This document shows, piece after piece, positions 16,142 to 26,163 of a DNA stretch of 30,903 nucleotides. How positions within the stretch are numbered: position 1 is the stretch's first letter; each line of letters begins with the position of its first letter. The stretch is from an uncultured Solirubrobacteraceae bacterium. GTDB taxonomy: Bacteria > Actinomycetota > Thermoleophilia > Solirubrobacterales > Solirubrobacteraceae. The DNA lies in NCBI GenBank assembly GCA_964588985.1, contig CAZPQW010000032.1, positions 1 to 30,903 on the forward strand, given 5' to 3'. The notes below the pieces were generated by a model. That model did not search any database. It was given only the letters and a program-made list of their open reading frames with translations, and was not told the DNA's origin. The position numbers and the translations under genes are program-made.

Positions 16142-17698
16142 TCAGAGCAGCCCGAGTGTCGTCCCGACGTGCCGCACCAGGTTGAACAGCGGCTGCGGGA
16201 ACACGCCGAAGAACAGCGTCGCTGCTCCCGCGAGCACCGCCACGAACACGACCTCGGGCTGGGCGCCCGTGAGTGGCTCTGCGTCGAGCTCCTGCGAACC
16301 TCCAGCAAGCGCGGGTAGGGGTGCGGCGCCGGTCGTGGGAGGTGCCTCGCGAGCAGCGGGCGCCTCGCGCATCCACATCGCGGCGATCACCGGCAGGTAG
16401 TAGCCGAGCGAGATCATCGAGCCTACGACGATCACGACGCCGAGCCACGTGTAGCCGCCCGAGACGGCGGCATCGATCAAGTAGAACTTGCCGATGAAGC
16501 CCGCGGTCGCCGGGATCCCGGCGAGGCCGAGCATCGAGAGGGTCATCGGCCACGCAAGCCACGGCCGCTCGCGTCCGAGCCCCGTCAGCGCCTGGATGCC
16601 GTCGCCGAGCCCTGTTTCGCGCTCGCGCGCGACGATCACCGCGAACGACGCCATGTTCATCATCAGATAGACGATCAGGTAGAGCACGGTCGCCTGCACG
16701 CCCAGCTGGCTCGCCACGACCACGCCAGCAAGCATGTAGCCAGCCTGCGCGACCGAGGAGTAGGCGAGCATCCGCTTCAGCGAGGACTGGCCGAGAGCGC
16801 CCAAGTTGCCCACGAGGATCGTGATCGTCGCGAGCGCCGCCACGGCCGGGCCCCAGCTGGCCTGCGCGCCGATCAACGCGACGTCGAAGAAGCGCAGGAA
16901 CACGCCGAGCGCGGCGACCTTGGTCGTCACCGCCATGAACGCCGTCACGGGTGTGGGCGCGCCCTCGTAGACGTCGGGCGTCCACTGGTGAAACGGCGCC
17001 ACGGACGCCTTGAAGCAGAGGCCCGCCACGCACAGCGCGATGCCCGTCAGCGTCAGCGGGTCGGTCGCGAGGCTGCCGCTCGAGAGCGAGGAGGCGATCG
17101 CGGAGAAGTCGGTCGAGCCGGCCGCGCCGTAGATCATCGCCAGGCCGTACAGCAGCGTTGCCGAGCCCACCGAGCCGACGATCAGGTACTTCAGCCCCGA
17201 CTCGAGCGAGTGCTCGCGTTTGAGCTCCGTCGCGCACAGCACGTACAGCGGGATCGACAGGAGCTCGAGGCCAACGAACAGGATCACCATGTTCTGTGCG
17301 CTCGCCAGCAGCGACATGCCACCGATCGACGTCAAGAGCAGCGCATGGAACTCGCCGTGCGCTGCTTCGCGTGCCGCGAGCGAGCGCCATGCGAGCAGCA
17401 CGGTGCACGCCCCGCCCGCGATTAGGATCAGGTTCAGCGCGAGCGCGAGGTCGTCGATCCGTAGGGCTCCCGAGACGATCGACTTCTGCGCGTTCCACTG
17501 CCAGATCGTCAGCCCCAGCGCCGCCGCGAGCGCCACCAGGCTGAGCGCGGGCACGACTTGCGAGCGGATCCAGCGCGAGCCGAGCAGGCCCACGAGCAGC
17601 ACGATCGTCGCGCCGCCCAGCAGCGCGATCAGCGGCGAGAGGCCGGCGAAGTCGACGTGCGGGCCTTTGAGGTGGGCGGTGGCGAGGAGGAAGCTCAC
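16142..17698 (-). CDS. nuoN: NADH-quinone oxidoreductase subunit N
   Basis: ESGLKYLIVG, FKASVAPFHQWTPDVYEGAP, KRMLAYSS and GFIGKF; last position in the operon. Confidence 0.96.
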   Translation of the reverse strand: MSFLLATAHLKGPHVDFAGLSPLIALLGGATIVLLVGLLGSRWIRSQVVPALSLVALAAALGLTIWQWNAQKSIVSGALRIDDLALALNLILIAGGACTVLLAWRSLAAREAAHGEFHALLLTSIGGMSLLASAQNMVILFVGLELLSIPLYVLCATELKREHSLESGLKYLIVGSVGSATLLYGLAMIYGAAGSTDFSAIASSLSSGSLATDPLTLTGIALCVAGLCFKASVAPFHQWTPDVYEGAPTPVTAFMAVTTKVAALGVFLRFFDVALIGAQASWGPAVAALATITILVGNLGALGQSSLKRMLAYSSVAQAGYMLAGVVVASQLGVQATVLYLIVYLMMNMASFAVIVARERETGLGDGIQALTGLGRERPWLAWPMTLSMLGLAGIPATAGFIGKFYLIDAAVSGGYTWLGVVIVVGSMISLGYYLPVIAAMWMREAPAAREAPPTTGAAPLPALAGGSQELDAEPLTGAQPEVVFVAVLAGAATLFFGVFPQPLFNLVRHVGTTLGLL

Positions 17699-19263
17699 TT
17701 GATTACCAGCACCTTGGCGGTTTCTTCGTTACCGGCGACACATGGCAGCTGAGCGAAGATCGCCAGTCGCTCGCTGTCCGGCTGCACGCATCGCACCGCC
17801 GCCTTCACAGACCCCTCGCTGCGCTTCAGCGCGAACTGCGGGTAGAGCGCGAGGAACACGATCACCGCGAGCACCGGCACGAGCACCGCGCCGTCGCGAA
17901 CGGAGATCTCACGCGAGTCGACGGACTTGCCGACACGGTTGTGCATCGCGCGGATGAACAGCCGCAGCGCGTAGACGCTGGCCATCACGACGCCGGTGAA
18001 GGCGATGATCGCGATCGCGAGCTTGGCCTTGAATACCCCGAGCAGGATCAGGAACTCGCCGACGAAGTTCGACGAGCCGGGGATCGCGAGCGTGGCGAGC
18101 GCGACGACGAGGAACAGCGTCGCGAGCACCGGCGCGCGGAAGGCGATGCCGCCCATCTCGCGCACGTCTTCCGAGCCGCCCGCCCGCTGCGCCAGCAGCG
18201 CGACGATGAACAGCAGCGGTGCGACGACGAGCCCGTGGTTGACCATCTGCAGCAGCGCCCCCTGGGCGCCCTGCGGGTTCAGGGCGAAGATGCCGAGCGT
18301 GATGAAGCCGAGCTGCGCGACCGAGGAGTACCCCGCGACGAGGCGCGCGTCGGTCTGGCTGAACGCCTGCGCGGAGCCATAGAGGATCGAGGCGAGCGCG
18401 ATCAGCAGCATCAGCGTCTGGAAGTGCACCGCGGCCTGAGGGAACAGCGGCAGCACGATCGCGAGGAACCCGTACGCGCCGACCTTCGACAGCGCGCCGG
18501 AGAACACCATCAGCACCTCGACAGGCATCGCACGGTATCCGTCGGGCATCCAGCCGTGCAGCGGGAACGCGGGCATCTTGACGAGGAACGCGGCGGCGAA
18601 GAACAGGAAGATCCACTCCTGCGAGCCGGTGCTCAGCGGCAGGTGCTGCAGCGCGGTGAGAACGAACGTGATGTGCCCGCCGCCTTCCTGCGCCGCGAGC
18701 ACCCCGGTGGCGATCGCCGCGGCGAGCATCAGCAGCGACCCCACGAGCGTGTAGATCACGAGCTTGATCGTCGCTCTCACCCTTTCCGGCTCCCGGCCCC
18801 AGCCGCCGATGAGGAAGTAGAACGGGATCAGCATCAGGTCGAAGAACGCCACGAACAGCGCGAGGTCCTGGGCGAGGAACGCGCCGAGCACGGCGGACTC
18901 GGCGAGCATGAAGTGGAAGTAGAAGAGGCGCGGACGATCGAGCGGGGTGCTCTCGGATTTGACGACCGACGCCAGCAACGAGGCGGCGAACAGCAGCGTG
19001 GTCATGCCCACGAGGAACACGTTCAGGCCGGTGATCGCAAGCTTGTAGTGGATCCCCAGCGTGGAGATCCAGACCACGTCGGTGACGTGCTGCAGACCGG
19101 CGCCGGATTTGTAGTCGACGATGTAGGCGATCGACAGGGCGAGCGCGAGCAGCGAGCCCACGAACGCGAGCATGCCGGGGGCGCGTCGGTCGCGCAGGAA
19201 CGGCAGCGCGCCGAGCAGGCCGAAGACGGCGGGCAGCCAGATGAGGACCGAGAGTGGTGCCAT
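17695..19263 (-). CDS. nuoM: NADH-quinone oxidoreductase subunit M
   Basis: AFLVKMPAFPLHGWMPD, LQMVNHG and NFVGEFLIL. The ATG at 19263 overlaps the nuoL stop (TGATG). Confidence 0.95.
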   Translation of the reverse strand: MAPLSVLIWLPAVFGLLGALPFLRDRRAPGMLAFVGSLLALALSIAYIVDYKSGAGLQHVTDVVWISTLGIHYKLAITGLNVFLVGMTTLLFAASLLASVVKSESTPLDRPRLFYFHFMLAESAVLGAFLAQDLALFVAFFDLMLIPFYFLIGGWGREPERVRATIKLVIYTLVGSLLMLAAAIATGVLAAQEGGGHITFVLTALQHLPLSTGSQEWIFLFFAAAFLVKMPAFPLHGWMPDGYRAMPVEVLMVFSGALSKVGAYGFLAIVLPLFPQAAVHFQTLMLLIALASILYGSAQAFSQTDARLVAGYSSVAQLGFITLGIFALNPQGAQGALLQMVNHGLVVAPLLFIVALLAQRAGGSEDVREMGGIAFRAPVLATLFLVVALATLAIPGSSNFVGEFLILLGVFKAKLAIAIIAFTGVVMASVYALRLFIRAMHNRVGKSVDSREISVRDGAVLVPVLAVIVFLALYPQFALKRSEGSVKAAVRCVQPDSERLAIFAQLPCVAGNEETAKVLVIK

Positions 19264-21293
19264 CACGCCTGCAACAGGAAGTAGAAGCCCACGCCCGTCA
19301 CGCCGAGCACCAGCAGCGCGGCGTAGTAGCGCACGAACCCGCTCTGCGCTGCGCGCACAGCGGCCGAGCCGGCGCGCACGAGCCCGGTCGAGCCGCCGAC
19401 GATCGTCTCGTCGATCACGAGCTTCTCGAACGTGTCGCGCGCGAAGCGCCCGGCGGCCGCGAACGGGCGCACGACGATCAGGTCGATCAGCTCGTCGAAG
19501 TACCACTTGTTGACGAACAGCTCATAGAGCGGCCGGGTACGCGCCTGGATCGCCGCGGACATGCCTGGCCGCTCCACCCAGATGCGGTGCGCGATCGCGA
19601 TGCCGACGAGCGCGAGCACCGTGCCGAGGCCGAGGCCGAACACGAGCAGCCCGTCCTTGGTGTGCGGTTCATACAGCTTCGAGGTGGCGAACGACGGGCG
19701 CAGGAAGTCCTCGATCACGAAGTCCACTTTGGGGATCTGCACGAGCCCCGCGCCGACTGCGCCGAGCGCGAGGACGCCCATCGCGACGCGCATCGGCAGC
19801 GCCCGCTCGGCGATCGCGTGGTTGGGGCCGGGGAAGCCCACGTCGGTGTCCTCCTCCTCGCCGTTGGCGGGGTTGCGCGGGACGTCGGCGTGGTGGATGT
19901 GGCCGGCTTCGAGCTCGCGCGCCTCCGCGACGGGCTCGCCGTGGAAGGCGCGGAAGATCATCCGGAACGTGTAGACGGCTGTCAGCAGCGCGCCAGCGTA
20001 GCCGGCGACGTAGAGGATCCAGTGCCAGCCGCCGCGCTCGGCGGTGACGAGCAGGATGTCGTCCTTGGAGAAGAAGCCCGAGAACGGGGGGACGCCCGAG
20101 AGGGCGAGGCCGCCGACGATGAAGCAGCCGTAGGTGAACGGCATCGCCTTGCGAAAGCCGCCCATCTTCTGCAGCGACTGCTCGCCGGCCATCGCGCCGA
20201 TGATCGAGCCGGCTGCCATGAACAGCAGCGCCTTGAAGAACGCGTGCGTCATCAGGTGGAACAGGCCGGCGGCGTACGCGCCCACGGAGACGCCCATGAT
20301 CATGTAGCCGATCTGCGACATCGTGGAGTAGGCGATCACGCGCTTGATGTCGGTCTGCGCGAGCCCGATCGTGCCGGCCACGAGCAGCGTGACGGCGCCC
20401 ACGATCGCACCGACGTCCTGCGCCGCGGGCGCGAGCTCGAACAGCGGGTGCATGCGCGCGATCAGGTACACGCCTGCGGTGACCATCGTGGCGGCGTGGA
20501 TCAGCGAGCTGACCGGCGTGGGGCCCTCCATCGCGTCGGGCAGCCACGTGTGCAGCGGGATCTGCGCGGACTTGGCGAACGCGCCGACGAGCAGCAGGAT
20601 GCAGCCGGCGACGATGTCGGCGCTGTCTGAGTGCCCGAACACACTCGCGTGCGTGGCGGTTGCTTCCGCGGCGTGGAAGCTCTTGAGGAAGTCGAGCGAG
20701 CCGGTGTGCTTGAAGATGAAGTACGTGCCGAGCACGAGGCCGACGTCGCCGAGCACGTTGATCACGAACGCCTTGATCCCCGCCCGCGTGGCGGTGGTGC
20801 GCCGGTACCAGAAGGAGATCAGCAGATAGGAGGCCGCGCCGACAAACGCCCAGCCGACGATCAGCAGCAGGAAGTTGCCCGCGAGCACGAGCAGCAGCAT
20901 CGAGAAGACGAAGAAGTTGAGGTAGGAGAAGTAGCGCGCGAAGCCGCGGTCGCCCTCCATGTAGGAGATCGAGTAGAGGTGGATCAGCGTGGAGACCCCG
21001 GTGACGACGAGGATCATGAACACCGACAGGGGGTCCACGAGGATCGACATCTGCGCGTCGACCCCGACGGTCGAGGCGTAGCTCCACAGCGAGGAGACGA
21101 GCTGGCGGTGCTCGGGCGAGTGGCCCTGCAGCGAGATCAGCGCGCCGAGCGCGGCGAGGAAGGAGAGGAAGATCGCGCCCGTCGCGATCCAGCCGGTCGA
21201 GCGGCCGGGCAGGGTGCGGAAGCCAAGCCCGATCGCGAGGGTGCCGAGCAGGGGAAAGAGCAGGACGAGCCAGCCGTACGTCGTTGCGCTCAT
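19263..21293 (-). CDS. nuoL: NADH-quinone oxidoreductase subunit L
   Basis: AKSAQIPLHTWLPDAMEGPTPVSSLIHAATMV, THAFFKALLF, NKWYFDE and QSGFVRYY. Confidence 0.97.
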   Translation of the reverse strand: MSATTYGWLVLLFPLLGTLAIGLGFRTLPGRSTGWIATGAIFLSFLAALGALISLQGHSPEHRQLVSSLWSYASTVGVDAQMSILVDPLSVFMILVVTGVSTLIHLYSISYMEGDRGFARYFSYLNFFVFSMLLLVLAGNFLLLIVGWAFVGAASYLLISFWYRRTTATRAGIKAFVINVLGDVGLVLGTYFIFKHTGSLDFLKSFHAAEATATHASVFGHSDSADIVAGCILLLVGAFAKSAQIPLHTWLPDAMEGPTPVSSLIHAATMVTAGVYLIARMHPLFELAPAAQDVGAIVGAVTLLVAGTIGLAQTDIKRVIAYSTMSQIGYMIMGVSVGAYAAGLFHLMTHAFFKALLFMAAGSIIGAMAGEQSLQKMGGFRKAMPFTYGCFIVGGLALSGVPPFSGFFSKDDILLVTAERGGWHWILYVAGYAGALLTAVYTFRMIFRAFHGEPVAEARELEAGHIHHADVPRNPANGEEEDTDVGFPGPNHAIAERALPMRVAMGVLALGAVGAGLVQIPKVDFVIEDFLRPSFATSKLYEPHTKDGLLVFGLGLGTVLALVGIAIAHRIWVERPGMSAAIQARTRPLYELFVNKWYFDELIDLIVVRPFAAAGRFARDTFEKLVIDETIVGGSTGLVRAGSAAVRAAQSGFVRYYAALLVLGVTGVGFYFLLQA

Positions 21294-21592
21294 CAGCCTT
21301 GGAGCTCCCGCAACTCATCCACGTCGATCGGCAGGCGCCGACGGTAGAGAGCGACGATCATGCCGAGGCCGATGCAGACCTCGCAGGCGGCGACGGTCAT
21401 GACGACGATCGCGAGGATCTGGCCGTCGCCGTTGCCCCACATGCGCGAGAACGCGATCAGCGCGAGGTTCGCGCCGTTGAGCATCAGCTCCAGGCACAGC
21501 AGCACGACGAGCGGGTTGCGGCGCGTCATCACGCCGACCGCGCCGAGCGCGAACACGATCGCGGAGACCGCGAGGTACCAGGCGATGCTCAC
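21293..21592 (-). CDS. nuoK: NADH-quinone oxidoreductase subunit K
   Basis: 99 aa, 3 TM segments, RRNPLVVLLCLELMLN and VAACEVCIGL. Confidence 0.96.
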   Translation of the reverse strand: MSIAWYLAVSAIVFALGAVGVMTRRNPLVVLLCLELMLNGANLALIAFSRMWGNGDGQILAIVVMTVAACEVCIGLGMIVALYRRRLPIDVDELRELQG

Positions 21593-22236
21593 GACGCGCG
21601 CCTCCCGCTACCGACGCCCTCGGCCATCGTGCCGGTGCCGAGCGGGCGGCGCTTTGTCAGATCGAGCGGCTTGCCGAGGTCGCGCTCGTCCTCCTCCTCG
21701 AGCCCTCCGCGACGACGCGCGAGCACGACTCCACCGACGGCCGCGATCAGCAGCAGGAACGAGGCGACCTCGAAAGCGAGCAGGAAGCGCGTCAACAGCA
21801 GCTTGCCGATGTAGGCGGGTGTGCCATACGTTTCCGGCCCCGAGCTATAGCCGGCGCCGTACCCGTCGACGGCCTCCAGGCCCGTTCCGAGCAGCGCGAT
21901 CAACAGCTCAACGAGCAGCGCGCCGGAGACGATCGCGCCGGCGAGGCGCAATCCCGAGCCGACCTTTCCAGGCCCCCGCAACCGCTCGCCGAGAGAGTCG
22001 GACTCGCCGCCGACATAGGCGACGACGAACACGTACAGCACCATCACCGCGCCCGCGTACACCACGACCTGTACCGCCGCGACGAACTCAGCGCGCAGCA
22101 GCAGGAACAGGACGGCGAGCGACACAAGATGCGCCACGAGCGCAAGCACGCTGTAGAACGGGTTGCGCAGCACGACCACACCGACCGCACCGGTGATCAC
22201 GCCAGCCGCGGCGAGAAAGAACAGGACTGCGCTCAC
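21589..22236 (-). CDS. nuoJ: NADH-quinone oxidoreductase subunit J
   Basis: [27 protein letters not shown] and FEVASFLLL. The GTG at 22236 overlaps the nuoI stop. Confidence 0.95.
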   Translation of the reverse strand: MSAVLFFLAAAGVITGAVGVVVLRNPFYSVLALVAHLVSLAVLFLLLRAEFVAAVQVVVYAGAVMVLYVFVVAYVGGESDSLGERLRGPGKVGSGLRLAGAIVSGALLVELLIALLGTGLEAVDGYGAGYSSGPETYGTPAYIGKLLLTRFLLAFEVASFLLLIAAVGGVVLARRRGGLEEEDERDLGKPLDLTKRRPLGTGTMAEGVGSGRRAS

Positions 22237-22832
22237 TCGCCGTCTCTCCTCAAGGGCGTGCGCTCGAGCGGCTCGGCGAGCAGCATCTCCTTGGTGAAGA
22301 TCAGGTCGGAGCGGCTGTAGTCGGACATCTCGTAGTCGTGGCCCATGGTGATCGCATCGAACGGGCAGGCGACCTCGCAGTAGCCGCAGAAGATGCAGCG
22401 CGAGAGGTTGATCTCGTACACAGCCGCGTAGCGCTCGCCGGCGGAGACGCGGTTCTCGGGTGTGTTCTCGGCGGCTACCACGCGGATGCAGTCGGCCGGG
22501 CAGGCGGCGGCGCACAGCGAGCAGCCGACGCACTTCTCCAAGCCGGTGTCCTCGAACTTGTGCAGCTTGTGCCGGCCGCGGAAGCGCGGATAGACGGGCA
22601 CCTTCTCCTCGGGATAGGAGATCGTGTTGACGCCTTCGGCGATGCGCCCGAACGTCGTCTTCAGCCCGCGGGCGGTCTCGCGGAAGGCTCGCCACGTGCT
22701 GCGCGCGGCGCCGGGCGCGGGGGTGCGCTGCACCTCGATCACGTCCTCTCCGGGGCTCCACGCGGTGACGTTCAGCTTGGCCGTGAACGCGCGCGTCTGC
22801 TCGGCGGTGTCTGTGTCGGGGGTGTCGGGCAT
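22233..22832 (-). CDS. nuoI: NADH-quinone oxidoreductase subunit I
   Basis: Two 4Fe-4S motifs ([24 protein letters not shown]) and YPEEK...RFRGRH. The ATG at 22832 overlaps the nuoH stop. Confidence 0.96.
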   Translation of the reverse strand: MPDTPDTDTAEQTRAFTAKLNVTAWSPGEDVIEVQRTPAPGAARSTWRAFRETARGLKTTFGRIAEGVNTISYPEEKVPVYPRFRGRHKLHKFEDTGLEKCVGCSLCAAACPADCIRVVAAENTPENRVSAGERYAAVYEINLSRCIFCGYCEVACPFDAITMGHDYEMSDYSRSDLIFTKEMLLAEPLERTPLRRDGE

Positions 22833-23851
22833 CAGTTTGCGGCCACCACGACGATGGCGGTGACGAGGGTGTTGAGGGTCGCCAGCGGCAGCAGCACCTT
22901 CCAGCCGAAGCTCATCAGCTGGTCGTAGCGCAGGCGCGGTAGCGTCGCACGAACCCAGATGAAGAGGAACGTGATCAGCGACATCTTGAACAGCACCACG
23001 AACGGATCGACCCAGCCGGGCGGGTGTATGCCGAACGGCAGCAGCCAGCCGCCGAGGAAGATCGTGGCGACGATGCCGGAGATGACAAGCACGTTGAGGT
23101 ACTCGGCGAAGTAGTAGGAGGCGAAGCGCCCGCCGCCGAACTCGGTGTTGTAGCCGCCTACGAGCTCGCCGTCGGCCTCGGTCAGGTCGAACGGTGCGCG
23201 GTTGGTCTCGGCGAAGCCCGCGACGAGGAAGACGAGGAAGCCGAAGAACTGCGGCACGACGTACCACATGCCTCCCTGCGCGTGGACGATGCCGGTCAGC
23301 GAGAGCGTCTGCGCGGTCATGATCACGCCGACGAGCGCAAGCCCCTGGGAGACCTCGTAGGAGATCAGCTGGGCGGCGCCGCGCATCGCGCCGAGGAACG
23401 AGTACTTCGAGCCCGAGGACCAGCCGCCGAGCATGATCCCGTAGAACGCAATCGCGCCGAACGCGAACACGTACAGCGGGCCGATCGACACGTCCACCCC
23501 GTACAGCCCGACTTTGGTGCCGAAGATGTCCTGCGCGTCGCCGAAGGGGATGATCGCGAACGCGGCCACCGCGGTGAGGATCGAGATCAGCGGCGCGGCG
23601 GCGAACAGGAAGCCGACGGACGTGGTGGGGCGGAACTGCTCCTTGGTGAGCAGCTTGAGGATGTCGGCGAGCGGCTGCAGCGCGCCGTAGGGGCCGACGC
23701 GGTTGGGGCCGTAGCGGCCCTGCATGCGGCCCATGATCTTGCGCTCGGCCATCAGCACGACCGGCACGAGCTGCAGCGCCACGGCGAAGATCACGATCGC
23801 CTTGACGATCTGGATCCACCACGGCTCGTAGTAGCCCACCACTGCCAGCAT
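22832..23851 (-). CDS. nuoH: NADH-quinone oxidoreductase subunit H
   Basis: [28 protein letters not shown] and [13 protein letters not shown]. Confidence 0.97.
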   Translation of the reverse strand: MLAVVGYYEPWWIQIVKAIVIFAVALQLVPVVLMAERKIMGRMQGRYGPNRVGPYGALQPLADILKLLTKEQFRPTTSVGFLFAAAPLISILTAVAAFAIIPFGDAQDIFGTKVGLYGVDVSIGPLYVFAFGAIAFYGIMLGGWSSGSKYSFLGAMRGAAQLISYEVSQGLALVGVIMTAQTLSLTGIVHAQGGMWYVVPQFFGFLVFLVAGFAETNRAPFDLTEADGELVGGYNTEFGGGRFASYYFAEYLNVLVISGIVATIFLGGWLLPFGIHPPGWVDPFVVLFKMSLITFLFIWVRATLPRLRYDQLMSFGWKVLLPLATLNTLVTAIVVVAAN

Positions 23852-26163
23852 CAGCTCACCAGCTCACGGCGAGGGAAGAGGAACTCGAGCGCGGGGGAGA
23901 ACTCCACCTCGGGTGCGTCCCACACCGAGCGGAAGCCGGCGACCTGGAGCAGGGCAGCGGGCGTGGGGACGATCTCGCGGGCGCTCGCGTCAGACGGCTC
24001 GACACTCGTCGCGGGGAAACTCGACGCTGCCTCGCGCTCCTGCCAGCGCACGCCTTTGCCGCCGATCTCCTCGAGCGTGAGGTCGGCGTAGAAGGGGACG
24101 GCGTCGAACACCCGCTGGGAGGCCATCGAGCCGGTGAGCACGTCGAGGTCGAGTCCGACCTTCGCGGCCAGCTCGGCGAGCACCTGCCACTCCGCGCGCA
24201 CCTCGCCCGGGCGGGCGATGGCGGGCCGCAGCCGCTGGATGCGCCCGTCGGGGTGGACGATCGTGCCCTCCTTCTCGGCGTAGGCCTCGGCGGGGAAGAC
24301 GACGGTGGCGTGCTCGCGGATGCCCTCGGTGAGGAAAGACGCGTGCGCGATCACGGTGCTCGCACCGGCCAGAGCCCGGCCCCACAGATCCTCGTCGGGG
24401 AGGTCGCGCAGCGGGTCGCTGTGGAGCAGGTACAGAGCGGCAAGATCGCCGTCAGCGAGGCCCTCGGCGATCGCCTGCGCGTCGCGCCCGGCGCTCGCGG
24501 GCTCGCTCAGTCCGGGGCCGGCGTTTGGCAGCACACCTGCCTCGCGCAGCCCGCGGCCGTTGCTCGCGGCGGGGATTTCGAGCAGTCCCGCGCCGTCGAC
24601 GCCGGCCATCTCCAGAGCCTCGGCGATCTCCAGCAGCGCGCGCAGACCGGCCTCGCCGTTGGGTCCCGCGGCGAGGCGCTCGCCCCACAGGATCACGACC
24701 TCGCGTGTGCTCGCCGCGCCGTCGTCCGCGCTGTTGCTCTCAGGGCCGCGCAGCAGCGCAGCGATCTCGCGAATCTCCTCGGGCTCCGTCCCCGCGTCGC
24801 GCGCGAGGCTCTCGGCGTTGGCGTCGCCCCTGAGCGCAGCGCTCAGCGCTGCCGCAAACACAGCACCGGTCCCGGGAGCTATGCGCACGCTTGCGGCGGC
24901 GCTCGGGTCGAGCGAGCTGGGGCCGGGTGACGCGACGGCGAGCTTCAGCCCGTGGCGGCGGATGCCCTTGCGCAGGCGCAGGTCGAGGATCGGCGCGTCG
25001 TTGACGGGGTCGGCGGCGAGCACGAGCACCGCGTGCGCGAACTCGAGGTCTGAGACCTTCGCCTGCAGCTTCGGGTCGCCGAGCGCGCGGTGCAGCTCCA
25101 GCGGCAGCGCGCCCACGCGGCGGGAGTCGATGTCCGGTGATCCGAGTCCGTCGCGCATCAGCTGGGAGAGCAGCAGGCCCTCCTCGTTGGTGCTGCCGCC
25201 GCCGACGATCGCGGCGGTGTTCGCACCGGCGCGCTTGAGGCCCGCGGCGGCCTCCGTCAATGCACGCTCCCAGGAGACGGGGCGCAGCTCGCCGCCGTCG
25301 CGCACCAGCGGCTCGGTGACACGCTCGTCGACGTGGAAGGACTGGTAGGCGAAGCGGCCCTTGTCGCACAGCCAGCCGTCGTCGACCTCGTCGTTCTGGC
25401 GGGCGAGCACGCGCAGGGCGCGCTCGTCGCGCACCGTGACGGTGACGTTGCACTGCGCGGGGCACAGCGTGCAGATCGAGCCCGCCCCCTCGATGTCCCA
25501 CGGCCGCGCGCGAAAGCGGTAGGGGCGCGAGGTGAGCGCGCCGACGGGGCACAGCTCGACGATGTTGCCGCTGAACGGCGCCACGTAGGGATGGCCGTCG
25601 AAGGTGGCGACGTACGAGTGCGCGCCGCGCTCGAGCAGAACGAGCTGGTAGTCCTCGGAGATCTCCTGGGAGAAGCGCACGCAGCGGTAGCAGAGGATGC
25701 AGCGCTCGCGGTCGATCGCGATCAGCGGGGAGAGCTCCAAGGGCTTGACGAAGTGGCGCTTGGGCTCGATGAAGCGCGAGATGCCGCCGCCCCAGCCGAA
25801 GGTGATGTCCTGCAGCGGGCACTCGCCGCCCTTGTCGCACACGGGGCAGTCGAGCGGGTGGTTGATCAGCAGGAACTCCACCACCGACTGCTGCGCGGTC
25901 TTCACGCGCTCGGTCTGCGTGTAGACGACCATGCCGTCCTTGACCGGGGTGGAGCAGCCGGTCTGCAGCTTGGGGATGCCCTCGATTTCGACGAGGCACA
26001 TGCGGCACGCGCCAACCGGCTGCCCGAGCTTGGGCTCGTAGCAGAAGACCGGGATCTCGACGTCGCCGTGCTTGGCGGCGTCGACGAGCATCGTGTTCTC
26101 CGGCGCCTGCACCTCGCGGCCATCGATCGTGAACGTGATCGTCTTCGGTTCGGGCCTCGGCAT
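23851..26163 (-). CDS. nuoG: NADH-quinone oxidoreductase subunit G (770 aa)
   Basis: Fe-S motifs FCY...GACRMC...[22 protein letters not shown]...LCPVG and CTLCPAQC...CDKG. The ATG at 26163 overlaps the nuoF stop. Confidence 0.96.
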   Translation of the reverse strand: MPRPEPKTITFTIDGREVQAPENTMLVDAAKHGDVEIPVFCYEPKLGQPVGACRMCLVEIEGIPKLQTGCSTPVKDGMVVYTQTERVKTAQQSVVEFLLINHPLDCPVCDKGGECPLQDITFGWGGGISRFIEPKRHFVKPLELSPLIAIDRERCILCYRCVRFSQEISEDYQLVLLERGAHSYVATFDGHPYVAPFSGNIVELCPVGALTSRPYRFRARPWDIEGAGSICTLCPAQCNVTVTVRDERALRVLARQNDEVDDGWLCDKGRFAYQSFHVDERVTEPLVRDGGELRPVSWERALTEAAAGLKRAGANTAAIVGGGSTNEEGLLLSQLMRDGLGSPDIDSRRVGALPLELHRALGDPKLQAKVSDLEFAHAVLVLAADPVNDAPILDLRLRKGIRRHGLKLAVASPGPSSLDPSAAASVRIAPGTGAVFAAALSAALRGDANAESLARDAGTEPEEIREIAALLRGPESNSADDGAASTREVVILWGERLAAGPNGEAGLRALLEIAEALEMAGVDGAGLLEIPAASNGRGLREAGVLPNAGPGLSEPASAGRDAQAIAEGLADGDLAALYLLHSDPLRDLPDEDLWGRALAGASTVIAHASFLTEGIREHATVVFPAEAYAEKEGTIVHPDGRIQRLRPAIARPGEVRAEWQVLAELAAKVGLDLDVLTGSMASQRVFDAVPFYADLTLEEIGGKGVRWQEREAASSFPATSVEPSDASAREIVPTPAALLQVAGFRSVWDAPEVEFSPALEFLFPRRELVS

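Noticed and set aside
14680-16150. Mobile element around the orphan ORF
   Set aside because: No transposase, integrase, terminal inverted repeats or target-site duplication visible.
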